Assembly (NCBI GenBank): GCA_965287045.1
Contig: OZ336888.1
Location: 38,006,001-38,070,000 of the forward strand
Reading direction: 5' to 3'
Length of the DNA: 64,000 bases
Source of the DNA: Carcharhinus amblyrhynchos
Lineage: Eukaryota
A program made the position numbers and the translations under genes. Positions within the stretch are counted from its first letter, which is position 1. Each line of letters opens with the position of its first letter. Shown piece by piece: positions 49,125 through 61,590 of the stretch. The notes beneath the pieces were generated by a model that did no database searches, had not been told where the DNA came from, and saw only the letters and a program-made list of their open reading frames with translations.

Positions 49125-49610
49125 TACAGTACAAAAGGTCATGAGTGTAGCCCAATCCATCACACAAACCAGTCTCCCATCCATTGTCACTGTCTACACT
49201 TCCTGCTGCCTCAGCAAAGCAGCCAGCATAATTAAGGACCCCATGCACCCAGCATATTGTCTCTTCCATCTTCTTCCATTGGGAAAAAGATACAATAGTC
49301 TGAGATTACGTACCAACTGACTCAAGAACAGCTTCTTCCCTGTTGCTGTTAGACTTTTGACTGGACTTACCTTGCATTAAATCGATCTTTCTCTACACCC
49401 TAGCTATGATTGTAACTCTACATTCTGCACTCACTTGTTTCTTTCTCTATGAATATTATGCATTGTCTGTATAGCTTGCAAGAAACAATACTTTTCACTG
49501 TAATACATGCACTCCCCCACCCCAGGAAAACAGGAGAAGCTATAGTACAAAAGGTTGTGAATGTAGCCCAGTCCATCACACAAACAATACAATAATAAAT
49601 CAGATCAAAT
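49125..49610 (+). mobile_element. Rex1/Babar LINE 3' fragment
   Basis: Close match to 40380-40788; tail aataaatcagatcaaat. Confidence 0.85.
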
Positions 49611-50099
49611 AGGAGGGTTTCATGAAGGTCTTTGGCAGAGTTCAGAGATAACGGTACGGGAAGAGACCATAAGAAGACTACAATTAGGCCATTTGGTCCA
49701 TTGAAGCAGTCCAATGTCTGCTCTGTCATTCAATTACATCATGGTTGATCTGATATAATCTTCAACTCCACTTTCCCAACTTATCCCCATAACCCTTGAT
49801 TCCCTTACTGATTAAAAATCTGTCTACCTCAGACTTGAACGTCCTTAAAGATCCCACCTCCATAGATTTCTGTGGTAAAGTATTCCACAGACTCACTACT
49901 CTCTGGGGGAAGAAATTCTTCCTTGTCTCTGTCTTAAATGGGTGATTCCTTACTCTGAGATTATTCCTTCTGGTCCTAGACTCTCCCACAAGGGAGAAAC
50001 AGTCCCTTAGCGTCTATCCTGTCAAGCCCCTGAGAATCCTCTATGTCTCAATGAGATCGCCTCTCATTCTATTGCACTCCAATGATTACAGGCCCAACA

Positions 50100-50445
50100 T
50101 TTTATTCATTCATTCAGGAGGTGTGGGCATCGCTGGCAGAGTCAGTATTTATTGCCTATTCCTAATTGCCCTTGCCCTTGTAATGCATTACTTGTTTTTT
50201 CAGACTATTTCAGAGAGCATTTAATAATCAATCACATTGCTGTGAGCCTGGAGTCACACATAGGCAAGCCCAGGTAAGAACAACATGCTTGCTTCCCAAA
50301 GGACATTAGTGAACCAGTTGGGCTTTTTATAACAAACAACAATGGTTTCATGATTGTTATTAGACTTTTAATTCCAAACCTTTTTATTGCATTCAAATTT
50401 CTCCATCTGCTTGGTGGGATTTAAACCCAGGTCCAGTGACAATAC
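50100..50445 (-). mobile_element. tRNA-derived SINE (family of 53865-54230)
   Basis: attcattcattcagg..gtgggcatcgctggc reversed tail; ggtgggatttaaacccagg reversed B box. Confidence 0.8.
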
Positions 50446-51491
50446 TGTTACACCCCTGTCTGCCCAAACTCAAACACAACTTACTCAACCTCTCCTCATT
50501 AGAAAATCCCTCTGTATCTAGGATCCATGAGTGAACCTTCTGTACACTAGCTCAAATGTCAGTACATCTTTCCTTAGGCAAAGGGACCAAAACTTTTCAA
50601 AGAATTCCTGGTGAGCTCTAGCTAGTACTCTGTATAGTTTTAGCAAAACTTCCTATTTTTATCCTCCATTTCCTTTGAAATGAAGGCTTACATTCAATTT
50701 GCCTTCTCTTTACCTGCTAAACTTGTATGCTTAGCTTTTTATGATTTATGCAAAATGATACCCAAATTCCTCTATGCTGCAGCTTTCTGTAGTCTTCTGT
50801 AGTCTTTTGCCATTTAAGTAATATTTAGCTCCTTTATTCTTCCTTCCGAAGTGTATAACTTCACACTTTCCTACATTATATTCCATCTGCCATGTTTTTG
50901 CTCACTTGCCTAACCTGTCTATATCCCTCTATAGACTCTGTGTCATCCTCACTACTTGCCTTCCCATCTACTTTTGTGAAATCCACAAACTTGATAATAG
51001 TACATTCACTTTCCTCGTCCAAATCATTAATATATATTGTAAATAATTGTGGCCCCAGCACTAGTTACAGCTTTTTATGCTGAAAATGCCGCTTTAATTC
51101 TAAGTCTCCGTCTTCTATTTGTTAGCCAATCCTCTTTTCACATTAGCGTACTAGCCCCAACACCATGGGCTCTTATCTTATTAAGTAGCCTTTTGTGTGG
51201 TACCTTATCAAACACTTTTGGAAATCCAAGTATATTTCATCTACTTGTTCCCTTTATCTATCCTGTTGGTTACCAGCTCAAAGAATTTGAGTAAATTTGT
51301 CAGGCACAATTTCCCCTTCTTGAAGCCATGTTGAGCTGCTTAATTATATTATGTATTTGAAACCATGATCTGCAAGTGGTTTGCATAGGATGAGGCAAAC
51401 CCATTGCATTTCAGTTTTGCTGACACATGCAATGTCCTGAATGCAGGATACTTGACTGTAAGATTTGTGGTAGTGGCATTCAAGTTTCTAA

Positions 51492-51810
51492 GGTGGCACA
51501 GTGGTTAGCAATGCTGCCTTAGAGCGTCAGATACCTGGGTTCAGTTCTGGCCTTGGGTGACTGTGTGGACTTTGTATCCCTGTATCTGCATGGGTTTCCT
51601 CTGGGTGCTTCAGTTTCCTTCCATAGTCCAAAGATGTGCGGGTTAGACTGGCCATGCTAAATTGCCCCTCAGTGTCCAAACATGTGTAGGTTAGATGGAT
51701 CAGTCATGGTGAATGTGTGGGATTATGGGGATAGGGTGGGGGAGAGGGCCTGGGTAAGTCACTCTGTCAGAGACTCAATGGACACCGTCTGCACTACAGG
51801 GATTCTATGA
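51492..51810 (+). mobile_element. HE1-type SINE
   Basis: Head, V-domain and tail gggattctatga. Confidence 0.9.
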
Positions 51811-51823
51811 TATTCTTTCCAAA

Positions 51824-52709
51824 TAAGAACATAAGAACATAAGAAATAGGAGCCGAAGTAGGCCATCTAGCCCTTCGAGCCTGCCCCGCCATTCAATAAG
51901 ATCATGGCTGATCTGTCGTGGCTCAGTTCCACATTCCCGCTCTCTCCCCATAACCCTTAATCCCCTCGCTTATCAAAAACCCATCAACCCGCTAAAAATA
52001 TTTAGCGAGGCAGCCTCCACCACCTCAACGGGCAGAGAATTCCAGAGATTCACCACCCTTTGAGTGAAGAAGTTCCTCCTCAGCTCCATTCTAAACCGCC
52101 CCCCCTTTATCTTGAGGCTGTGCCCCCTAGTCCTACTGTCCTTTCTGAGCGGGAAGAGTCTCTCCACCTCTATCCTATCCATCCCATTCATCATCTTATA
52201 TGTCTCAGTGAGATCTCCCCTCATTCTTCTAAACTCTAACGAGTACAAGCCTAGTTTATTCAGCCTCTCCTCATAGCTCAACCCCCTCAACTCCGGTATC
52301 AGCCTAGTAAACCTCCTCTGCGCTCGCTCCAAGGCCAAAATATCCTTGCGTAAGTATGGCGACCAAAACTGCGCGCAGTACTCCAGCTGCGGCCTCACCA
52401 ATGCCCTATACAGCTGCAGCAAGACCTCCCTACTTTTATATTCAATCCCCCTCGCTATGAAGGCCAGCATCCCATTTGCCTTCCTGACCACCTGCTGCAC
52501 CTGCAGGCTGGGTTTTTGCGACTCATGCGCAAGGACCCCGAGGTTGATGGGTTTTTGATAAGAGAGGGGATTAAGGGTTATGGGGAGAGGGTGGGAATGT
52601 GGAACTGAGCCACGACAGATCAGCCATGATCTTATTGAATGGCGGGGCAGGCTCGAAGGGCTAGATGGCCTCCTCCTGCTCCTATTTCTTAAGTTCTTAT
52701 GTTCTTATG
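51824..52709. mobile_element. Young double-tailed CR1 insertion: minus-strand 3' fragment 51824-52540 joined to plus-strand 3' fragment 52541-52709
   Basis: 175-aa minus ORF of CR1 ORF2; (ttcttatg)n tails point outward at both ends; ~165-bp inverted arms. Confidence 0.93.
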
Positions 52710-53864
52710 TCCCACTGCACCGTCGCCCATCCTTTATAATAGATTCTAATACTTTCCCAATGACAAACGTTAAACTAATTGGTCTATTGTTACCTTTTTT
52801 TTCTCCCTTTTTGAACAAGAGTGTTACACTGGCAGTTTTCTAATCCTCTTAGATTTTTCCAGAATTTAAGGATTCTTGGAAGATTACTACTAATGCATTT
52901 GCTGTCTCTGCAGCGACTTCCTATAATATCCAACAATGAAATCCATCAGGTCTAGGGGACTTATTGGCCTTTAGCCTCATTAATATCCCTACTGCTTTTT
53001 CTCTAATGATAATTATTGTATTTTTTCCTCTACCCCTGCCTCTTTTGCTGCTTGATTATTTAGTATTTTTGGAATGTTATGGTGTCTTCGATCAAGAAGA
53101 TTGATGCAAGCCTTTATTTAACTCTTCTGCCATTTCTTGGGTCTCCATTAGTGTTTAGCCAATCTCATTCTCTAAGGGGCCTATATTCATTTTGGTACCT
53201 CACTTTCTTTTTATATATTTAAAGAAATTCTCACTGTTCACCCTCATAGTTTATCTTTTCTCTTTTTATTTTTTGGTCATCTTTTGTTGTTTTTTTCCTC
53301 TGTTTTACCATTAATCTTTACTGCATTGTATGTTTTTTTCTTTCAGTTTAATGCTATCCTTAATTTCCTCAGTTAACCAAGGTTGATTTAACTCCTTCCT
53401 AGAATCCTTCCTCCTCACTGTGATATATCTGGTTATGATTCGATAGATAATAATGGAACAAAGTAAGTGCTGTCCCAGCCAGCTGGATGATAGTGGAGTA
53501 GTGTGGGAGGAGGATTATGTGGTCACCCATGTCAAAGTCTATCCACAAGGTCTAGAAGGATGAAGTGGATTGTTTACTTTTGTCAAAATCGCATAGGGTA
53601 TAAATTGTGACTTTGATAAGAGTTTTTGTACTGTGGCAGAGCAGAAACCAAATTGGGGAGGTTCAAACATGGAGTTCTTGGAAAGATTGGCGTGGATTTG
53701 GGAAGTAACAACACACACAGGAAAGGGAGTTGTTGGGGGTGTAGTAATAGCTTGCTATAAAAATAACTTGTTTTTATGTAGTGCCTTTGACAATCTCAGG
53801 GGGTCCTAAGGCTTTTTACTGTCAAGACAATGCTTGCAAAGTATTGCCCCTGATGTCATGTAGG

Positions 53865-54230
53865 AGACAATGGTGCAGTGGTGTTGTTGCAGGCCTACTA
53901 ATCCAGACAATGAAGGTAACACTGTGGGGACCTGGGTTCAAATCCCACCATAGCAGATATTGAAATTTGAATGAAAATCTGGAATTTAAAAGAACAAGTC
54001 CCCATGAAACCATTGTTAATTATCGAAACACAATTGGTTCACCTATGACCCATGTCCTTTAGAGAAAGACTTATCTGGCCTGTGCCAAGATATGATTCCA
54101 GATCCACGGTAATGTTGTTCGCTCTTCCTTCTGAAATGGATTTGCAAGCCCTTCAGTTTAAGGGTAACTAGGGATGGGCAATAAATACTGGCCCAGTCAG
54201 CGATGCCCGCATCCCATGGACAAATAAGAA
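53865..54230 (+). mobile_element. tRNA-derived SINE with tail of the 21985-23090 LINE family
   Basis: tggtgcagtgg A box, gggttcaaatccc B box, tail gggatgggcaataaatactggccc..catcccatg. Confidence 0.85.
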
Positions 54231-54691
54231 AACATACGGCAGGTGATTCATACACAGCAGTCTCCTGCAAAAAAAAGGTTACCTTGACCAGGTCATCTTT
54301 TCTATTGTGGGTGAATTATTGTCTGGGGAGAACTCCAATCAGTGCTGTGTAATATTTTACATCTCTCAGAGTGGGCAGATGGACTCAGCGTAACACCTCA
54401 TCCACAAGACTGCTCAGAACTGGCAGTCTGAACATGGGGCACAGGTTTTTGCAGTGGGGTTTGAACACATGGACTTTCTTGGTCAGAGATGAGAATGTTA
54501 TCTGCTGAACCAGGGCTGACTGACCATGAACAAGCCCATGGAAGATCTGCAAGTCATACAGAATAGAAAAGAAGCTATTGCTGCTTAACCTGATACAAAT
54601 TAAACCTTCCTTCTAAATACAATAAAATTGGTTCTGGTCAAAGGGATGTTTTTTCTTATTTTAAAACATGGTGGGGTGGGGGGCAGTGGGT

Positions 54692-54829
54692 TGGGGAAAT
54701 TTTCCCATCTTGCTTGCCATGGGAATCGGAGCGGGGAGTGGGGGGAGTATGGGGGCAGACCATACAAAGGTCCATTGACCTAGGATGGAATTTTCTGGTT
54801 TGGGGCGAGCGCGGCCAGAAGTCCCGCCC
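54692..54829. mobile_element. Harbinger-like MITE
   Basis: Same family as 36027-36143 (aattttcccatc..ccattgacctagg..cccgccc). Confidence 0.7.
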
Positions 54830-55242
54830 AGGATATGTGCAATATGCGCAGAAAAAGAGAGAGCTGGGGAGCAGCAACCTTTCAACAGAACCTTGCTTTG
54901 TCGAACTGGATTCTCAAAACATACTTGATCATTTATTTACATGGCTCATACCAACAAGGAGCATGGAGCACCATTCAGCCCCTCTAGCCATCTCCACTAT
55001 TTAATAAGATCATTGTTGATCTGATAATAACCACAAATTTACACTCCATCTACACCAGATAACCTAATCTCCCCCTCCCAGCCACCCCCTTTACCAAGTA
55101 TCTAACCACCTCTGCCTTGCCAGGTTAATAGAGATTTAAAACTATATATTGAGCACTTAACAATTTAGGAGTCGACAGAAAGTACACAGAAAGTAAGGAA
55201 TTGTAACGAAAGTAAGTTGGTGAATGTAAGTCTTCTGTACAA

Positions 55243-55380
55243 AGTCTTCAGAAGGGTCTTCCAGACTCTGAAATTTGGCTCTATTCTCTTTCCACAGATG
55301 CTGTCAGACTGTTGAGATTGTCCAGCATTTTCTGTTTTGAGTTCAGATTCCAGCACCCGCAGTATTTTGCTTTTATTAAA
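55243..55380 (+). mobile_element. Short Penelope pLTR fragment
   Basis: agaagggtc..gactctgaaa..ttccacagatgctgtcagac..ccagcattttctgttt..cagattccagca. Confidence 0.7.
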
Positions 55381-57387
55381 GGACCATAATCCTGGCGCAG
55401 GGTGCACACACACACACATAACGCGAAACTCATGATCAGCAACGTGTCATTAAACTGAAATGTTTACATCTGACGCGACATTCCCCTCCAAAAAGATATA
55501 TCGAATGAAGTTAAGCTGCCAGCCCAGGGCACGGCATTAACCCATTCGGGACCCACTCTATATTTATACCGAATGACAGATGCTTCAGAACTTGCTTCGG
55601 AGAAGTGCTTTTAAGAATGGGAAGGGCAGGATTAATCTTCAAATTGGGACTGGGAATCCACGGTCAGGATTTATACAAGTACCAAGGTGCCCGGAATGAG
55701 AGAGTGGGGTTTATTTATTGACAGATGTGTTTTTGTTTTTAATTCAAATTTGATCTCGACACTCTGGAAGGATAGCAACCGGACTGCAGAGGGGAAGATG
55801 TGAACATTTCACCCCTCACTCTCCAATTAGAAATACACTGTGTCAGCATCTCTGTGCCTTCTTTAACCTGAAGCACAATGACGCAGTGATAATCCACAAG
55901 ATCGGAACACAATCAAACTGACAATTAAAACACACAGTTCCTCTTGGTTCTTAGAAAAATAGACTGTGTCAGGTTTAGGATCATTTCCAGAGCCTGGTGG
56001 CCAATTCATCCCTGCCCAATTCCCTCTCCACACCTCTTACTCTAGTCCTCTCCTCACTCGGCACCTCGCCCAATCCCTTTCCAATGTTGTATGAAATAAG
56101 TACCCAGAAAAGCAGCTGACTTATGGGTATTTGGTGGGTTTATATTGGAAACGGGATTGTCCCTTTAATTGCACTGCCTCAGGCTGCGGGCACACCATCC
56201 CACCTCCCCACCCCCCCATAAAATATATGCTTATTCCGTAAGAAATCTGGAAGAACATTCCAAACATTCTAAAATGGCCATCATCGCAAGGTTCAATGAT
56301 GTTCAGCTTCTTTACATACATCAGCTGACAATCTGAGATGCTTCAATAAGTCAAAGAACCGTGACAGACAGTTTACAATGCTCCTTCTAAATGCTGCGAA
56401 GATATTTATACAAGTTGCACACCATCTGGACATAAGAAATGAGGTTATGTCAATAGTACAAGAACACCAGAAAGAGAAGCGCGCCGTTTTTTGTACACTG
56501 AAATATACAGGCACAAACACATTAACAGCGAAGAGGTTTTGTAAGCTTCTCTCCTCCACCTCACAATATAAAATGGACAATTCTCCCCGGTCCTTTTACT
56601 GGGTCTCAAAGTGTTCCTGTGAGCTGAGTGAGACCCCAAGAAAGGGGTTGAGATGTTTGCTGAGGGGGATGGAATTCTTGCTTCTTTGAGCTGAACTGAA
56701 TAAGTCAGGGGATGTACCGTTCTCCACAACCTGTTGAAATATCCAGAATAATGTGGAATAATGACACCCGTCTTTGAAATATAACTTTGCATTTGTCAAT
56801 TCGTCAGAGAGCCGTGTGCTAACCCCATTCCACACGCGAAGGGACGCATTAATGAAACTTATTAAAAACCGCAGAACTTTGCCAGGTTTGACCAGTAAAG
56901 TTATTAAATATTTGATATTTTACACATTTTAAATGTTCTGCTGTGATTATTAATTGTGCAGTTGGAGGTGGAAACTGACCAGCTATTTTCTGTTACACAG
57001 AACGCTGATTTTTATTTTTATTTTTTATGAATATAGGATTGCGTTGCCTGGGTTGTTTTGTATACGAATAACGAATAAATAGGAAAATGATCACTTTCTG
57101 TTTTATGTGGTGAATGAGATTATCGTTCATCCCAGCTAGAGTTTACCGGTGTTAAATCTATCCCAGGGTTACCATCTTTCGAGTTTAATAACTCACGGAG
57201 TTTAATCAATTTAGAGGCGTGTTTCCTTAGATTAGCGGCACCTTTTTATCTGGATACCTCTGTACCTAGATATTATTGTTAAAAGATAAGTACGGGACAA
57301 GCAAAGAGAATGAATTAACCTTGCGGAACCGGATTTAGATAGTGACTTTGGTGGCAAATTGAAGTTTGCATGATATCAACACAACAA

Positions 57388-57546
57388 GATGTGCGGGTTA
57401 GGTGCATTGGTCATGTTTAAATTGCCCCTTCGTGTCAGGTGGACTAGCCAGGGTAAATGCTTGGGGTTATGAAGATAGGGCCTGGGTGGGATTGTGGTCG
57501 ATAGGCCGAATGGCCTCTTTCTGCACGGTAGGATTCTATGATTCTA
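57388..57546 (+). mobile_element. HE1-type SINE 3' fragment
   Basis: gatgtgcgggttagg..aaattgcccctt..ggattctatgattcta. Confidence 0.85.
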
Positions 57547-57616
57547 TAATATCAAATGATTTGATATGATTTAATCATTTAACATATTCGTTGGTGCTTG
57601 GTGTGTCAAATGATGC

Positions 57617-57729
57617 AAAAACAGAAAATGCTGGAAAATCTCTGACAATCTGCTGACAGACCTGCTGAGATTTTCCAGCATTTTCGGTTTTTCTTTCAGA
57701 TTCCAGTATCCCAATATTTTGCCTTTATC
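57617..57729 (+). mobile_element. Fold-back Penelope pLTR mini-element
   Basis: Inverted arms 57617-57642 / 57667-57692 plus one-sided extension cagattccagtatc, same family as 55243. Confidence 0.75.
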
Positions 57730-57999
57730 TTGGTGCCAATCGATGTATCGGTTATTGTAGTTTCCCGGTGACACCGACTGAATGTTGTGTTTGTCTATCG
57801 GGTTACTGACAGGACCGGTGAGCCCTAACTCAGCAACATTTTATGTTTAAAAGCGCGATTCTTGGATGCCAATTTCCTTCTCCATCTCGCTGAAACATAC
57901 CCATTTCTGAAGGGGGGTTGAGGTTCGAAGCAGAGAGGTTGGAATCTGGGGGGTGGGTGGTAGGGGGAACTCAGTCTTCCGGGTCGCTCATTTAAGCTG

Positions 58000-58262
58000 A
58001 GATTTTCTTTCACTCAGAAGGAAGTTTAGTTTGGCGAGGTTTTTGGAATTATCCGCTCTCGAGGGTTGTGGGTGCGCCATGATTTAATGTATTTAAGGAT
58101 AGACCGATTTTATGTCTCTCAGGGAATGAAGGGATATGGCAAGAGAGTGGGAAATGGGGTTCAAGCCTAAGATCAGCCATGATCCGGGATGGGCTTTGGT
58201 GAGGAGGCAGGGAGGTGAGGGCGGGGGCGGTGTGCTAAATGGTCCATTCCTGCGCCTGTACG
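58000..58262 (+). mobile_element. CR1 3' fragment
   Basis: tttctttcactcagaagg, agggaatgaagggatatgg, agatcagccatgatc. Confidence 0.65.
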
Positions 58263-58789
58263 TTATGAGCTTGTTAGTGCTGCACTTGGGGGCAAACATA
58301 CCAGGAAATGAAACACTTGGCATTTCGGGGACCACGTATCAACCTCAAGCCCTTCCAGGAAAGGTTTAACATGTAGTAACTCATCCCCCTCCTATCATCG
58401 AGTCTGCGATTTGCCAAATAAAGGGCAGTGAGTTTTGTGCCTTGGACCCATGTTCACTCGGAACTGGACCGAGGTTATTATCTCTGCAGCCAACAGACAA
58501 AGGAAACTCACGTTTCATGGGTCTGGGCTAGATTGGATACCTCAGGCTGGTTCGGCTATTGCATTTACCTATCTCCCGATCGCTATTCCTTATTTTGGCT
58601 GAGTTAGTGCGAAAAAAGCAGAACAGGCCATTCTCCACCTCGAGAATGAAAGACATTGTGTGGGCCGAGGATCTGTCACTGAAACTAGAATTGAATCGAT
58701 GTTCATTAGCTCACAGGCCCACTTATTCAAGCCCTCTCGTAGCCGCCTTCACACGTAGAGGTGCACACACATGGAATGATATCCCCCAC

Positions 58790-59190
58790 CATACACACAC
58801 ATTCATACATAGATACACATACACATACATAGACACACACACCTAGACACACGCACATACAAACATACATACACATACATATATAGACATACATCCACAC
58901 ACTCATACTCACACACGTACATACACACAGACACATACATATAGAGACACATACACATCCATGCACACGCGCATACATACACACACATCCATTCCGTTGA
59001 TATTTCCCTGTGTTCAAGTGCCTACTATTGTGTCAATGATTCTACAACTACACACATACGTAAACATACACATACACACACGCGTACACACACATACACA
59101 CTCACATTCATCCACACACATACACACAACATACACACACATACATAGACGCATACACATACACACGTAGAATTATACACACCCATGCAC
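58790..59190. repeat. Imperfect (CA)n repeat
   Basis: Directly visible. Confidence 0.95.
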
Positions 59191-59261
59191 TCGCACGCGG
59201 CAAAACATCAACGAAATGGATCCAAACTGCAGCAATCAGATTTGACACATTAATTATGTAA

Positions 59262-59370
59262 TATTCTATTGAAAGGTCATGGGCCTGAAGCCTTAACTCT
59301 GTTTCTCCCTCTCCCTCCACAGCTGCTGCTTGCCCTGCAGAGTAGTTCCAGCATTTACTTTCTATTTACT
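59262..59370 (+). mobile_element. Short Penelope pLTR fragment
   Basis: tgaaaggtcatgggcctgaagccttaactctgtttctc..tccacagctgctgc..ttccagcattt. Confidence 0.6.
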
Positions 59371-60194
59371 TTCTATTTCTCACAATACTGTAGCCCGAAT
59401 GGTCCCTTTTCCGGGTACGTTTCGTTCTCCCAGTTACTGCAGAGTGGGGATTTGGGTGGGGGAGCTGCCGTTCCCGGCAATGAGGCCGTTCAGTCTAAGT
59501 GACAGGACAATATTGTGACTGAAATGTTCTTGTCATTTAGAAAATGGGGGAGAAAAAAATGAGATCAGCCTGCCCAGTAAGTGTAGCTTCCTTAAAGCAC
59601 TGGAGGCTGTGTTTAATTCCCTGTATCCTCATTGTTATCGGCAAGGCTCGGTTACAGACTGGGCTGGAGAATTGCCACACAGGTGAGATAGTGTTACACC
59701 TGCTGATAGCAGATAGCCCGGGCAAGGGGAGTCATGTGCAGTCTGGGCGATGGAGGGTGGGAGCTTAATCCGGGGCCGTTAAATATTCATCAACCGCTGG
59801 AGTCCAATCTCCTTTTGTGAGGACAGTCAGTTCAGCTTTCAGTTCTGGCCCAGGTTTATCTGGGTTCACCCCCACCACCCCACCCCCCCACCCATCCTCC
59901 ACTCTGCTCACAATTCTACCCGGCGATTGGGTCTAACACACATGGATGGGAAACAATGAGATTTGGGTTGGATTCCTTGTCACGGCCTCGGGTTGGTGAC
60001 AGCAGGGAAGAGATTGAGAGGGAAGGGAGACTGGTTGGTTAGGAAAGAGGGGTGGAGGTGGTTGGAGAAACACGATCGGTCTCAGGTAGTTCATCAAATA
60101 TGGAAAAGGGGCTTCTGAAAGTGTCCGAGTGATTGCCAACAGCAGGTAAGCGAGAGCAGAGCAAACAAACCAAGTCACAGGAGGGCAGGCTGGG

Positions 60195-60510
60195 TAAGCT
60201 TATTGGTATAAAGGGAGTGCCAATTTGGCAGATAGAAGCAAACCACCTCTTGTTCCTGACCTCTGCTCTCTCCCTCGCTCTCCAGCCCGATCTGTTTTAT
60301 TTCACTTATTTATTTTGTCCTCTGGTGCGGGGGAAAAAAGATGGGGAGGGGCGGGGTGGGGAGTCGATGTTTCGTGCAGTTTGCCATCCGATTCTGAAGA
60401 GACAGAACTGAGGGGGAGAGGCGAACCCTTCTCCACGGATCCTGGATCAGGAGAGAGGGGCCTGGACAAGAAGAGACAGGAAGATAGACCCGGCCTGAGC
60501 GCAGGTAACT
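60195..60510 (+). promoter_or_regulatory. Candidate Pol II promoter and non-coding first exon
   Basis: attgg plus tataaag at ~60202-60213, tgccaatttggca palindrome, GC box ggggcggggt at ~60348, donor CAG|GTAACT at 60504/60505, CpG-rich surroundings. Motif-only evidence. Confidence 0.35.
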
Positions 60511-60855
60511 TGGCTGAAAGCTCAGGTATTACATTAAACAGCGCAATGAGTGAAATATCGAGGCTGCGAGGTGTTGGGGGCGGAGAGTTCGGGGGTTTCA
60601 ATTTGATTTTGTTATCTCTCTCTCTCTCTAAGTCGCGAATTCACATAAGGTTTTTAACAAAAAAAACTAGCAGTCGGTTTAAAGCAAGACAAGTCCGTTT
60701 CCTATCAAATCCAATCAAATAATCAGTTCAAAATAACCGCTTCAGTTGGAGACAAATTAATTATAAACATTAATTTTGCACATTTAAATATTGCCAATTG
60801 GTTTGTAACCAGAAATGATTATCGCTATCGTGGGGTTTCCGTTTAAAACGATGTT

Positions 60856-61176
60856 NNNNNNNNNNNNNNNNNNNNNNNNNNNNNNNNNNNNNNNNNNNNN
60901 NNNNNNNNNNNNNNNNNNNNNNNNNNNNNNNNNNNNNNNNNNNNNNNNNNNNNNNNNNNNNNNNNNNNNNNNNNNNNNNNNNNNNNNNNNNNNNNNNNNN
61001 NNNNNNNNNNNNNNNNNNNNNNNNNNNNNNTANNNNNNNNNNNNNNNNNNNNNNNNNNNNNNNNNNNNNNNNNNNNNNNNNNNNNNNNNNNNNNNNNNNN
61101 NNNNNNNNNNNNNNNNNNNNNNNNNNNNNNNNNNNNNNNNNNNNNNNNNNNNNNNNNNNNNNNNNNNNNNNNNNNN
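60856..61176. other. Assembly gap
   Basis: Run of N with 2 called bases inside. Confidence 1.
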
Positions 61177-61590
61177 TAACCAGTTCCTGTGCAATAAGTG
61201 GAAACTGGATTTAAATCGGTTCATAAACAGGGAGTGGGAACTGGATTTAAACCAGTTCCTGTGCAGTGAGTGGAAACTGGATTTAAATCGGTTCATAACC
61301 AGGGAGTGGGAACTGGATTTAAATCGGTTCCTGTGAAGTGTGGGTAACTGGATTTAAATCGGTTCATGAATGGAAGGGTGGAGTGGGTAACTGAGTGCTG
61401 AGTCCATGAAACAGATTCATGGACAGAGAGAGGGAACTGGATTGAAACCAGTTAGTGGACAGGGAGTGGAAACGGCACTGAAACCGATTCTTGGACAGTG
61501 AGAACTGGATTTAAAGTGGTCAATGGACAGAGAGCGGGAACTGGATTGAAATGGGTTTGAGAGACGAGGGTAAGTGGGTAACTGGATTTG
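61177..61590. repeat. 36-bp minisatellite with 72-bp dimeric alternation, degrading rightward
   Basis: aactggatt at 61203, 61239, 61275, 61311 and 61346, with looser copies to ~61590. Confidence 0.9.

Larger units (their letters stand above)
49690..53430 (-). mobile_element. Old CR1 LINE with nested SINEs and a young CR1
   Basis: FFPQRVVSLWNTLP (49.9 kb), LGPQLFTIYINDLDE (51.0 kb), upstream ORF2 remnants 52710-53430. Confidence 0.85.

Noticed and set aside
56293-56835. Overlapping 80-115 aa ORFs in unique DNA
   Set aside because: No recognisable domain or convincing exon boundaries; consistent with chance.
61177-61590. CRISPR array (36-bp palindromic repeats)
   Set aside because: Period equals the unit length; variable parts are short and recur rather than being unique spacers.
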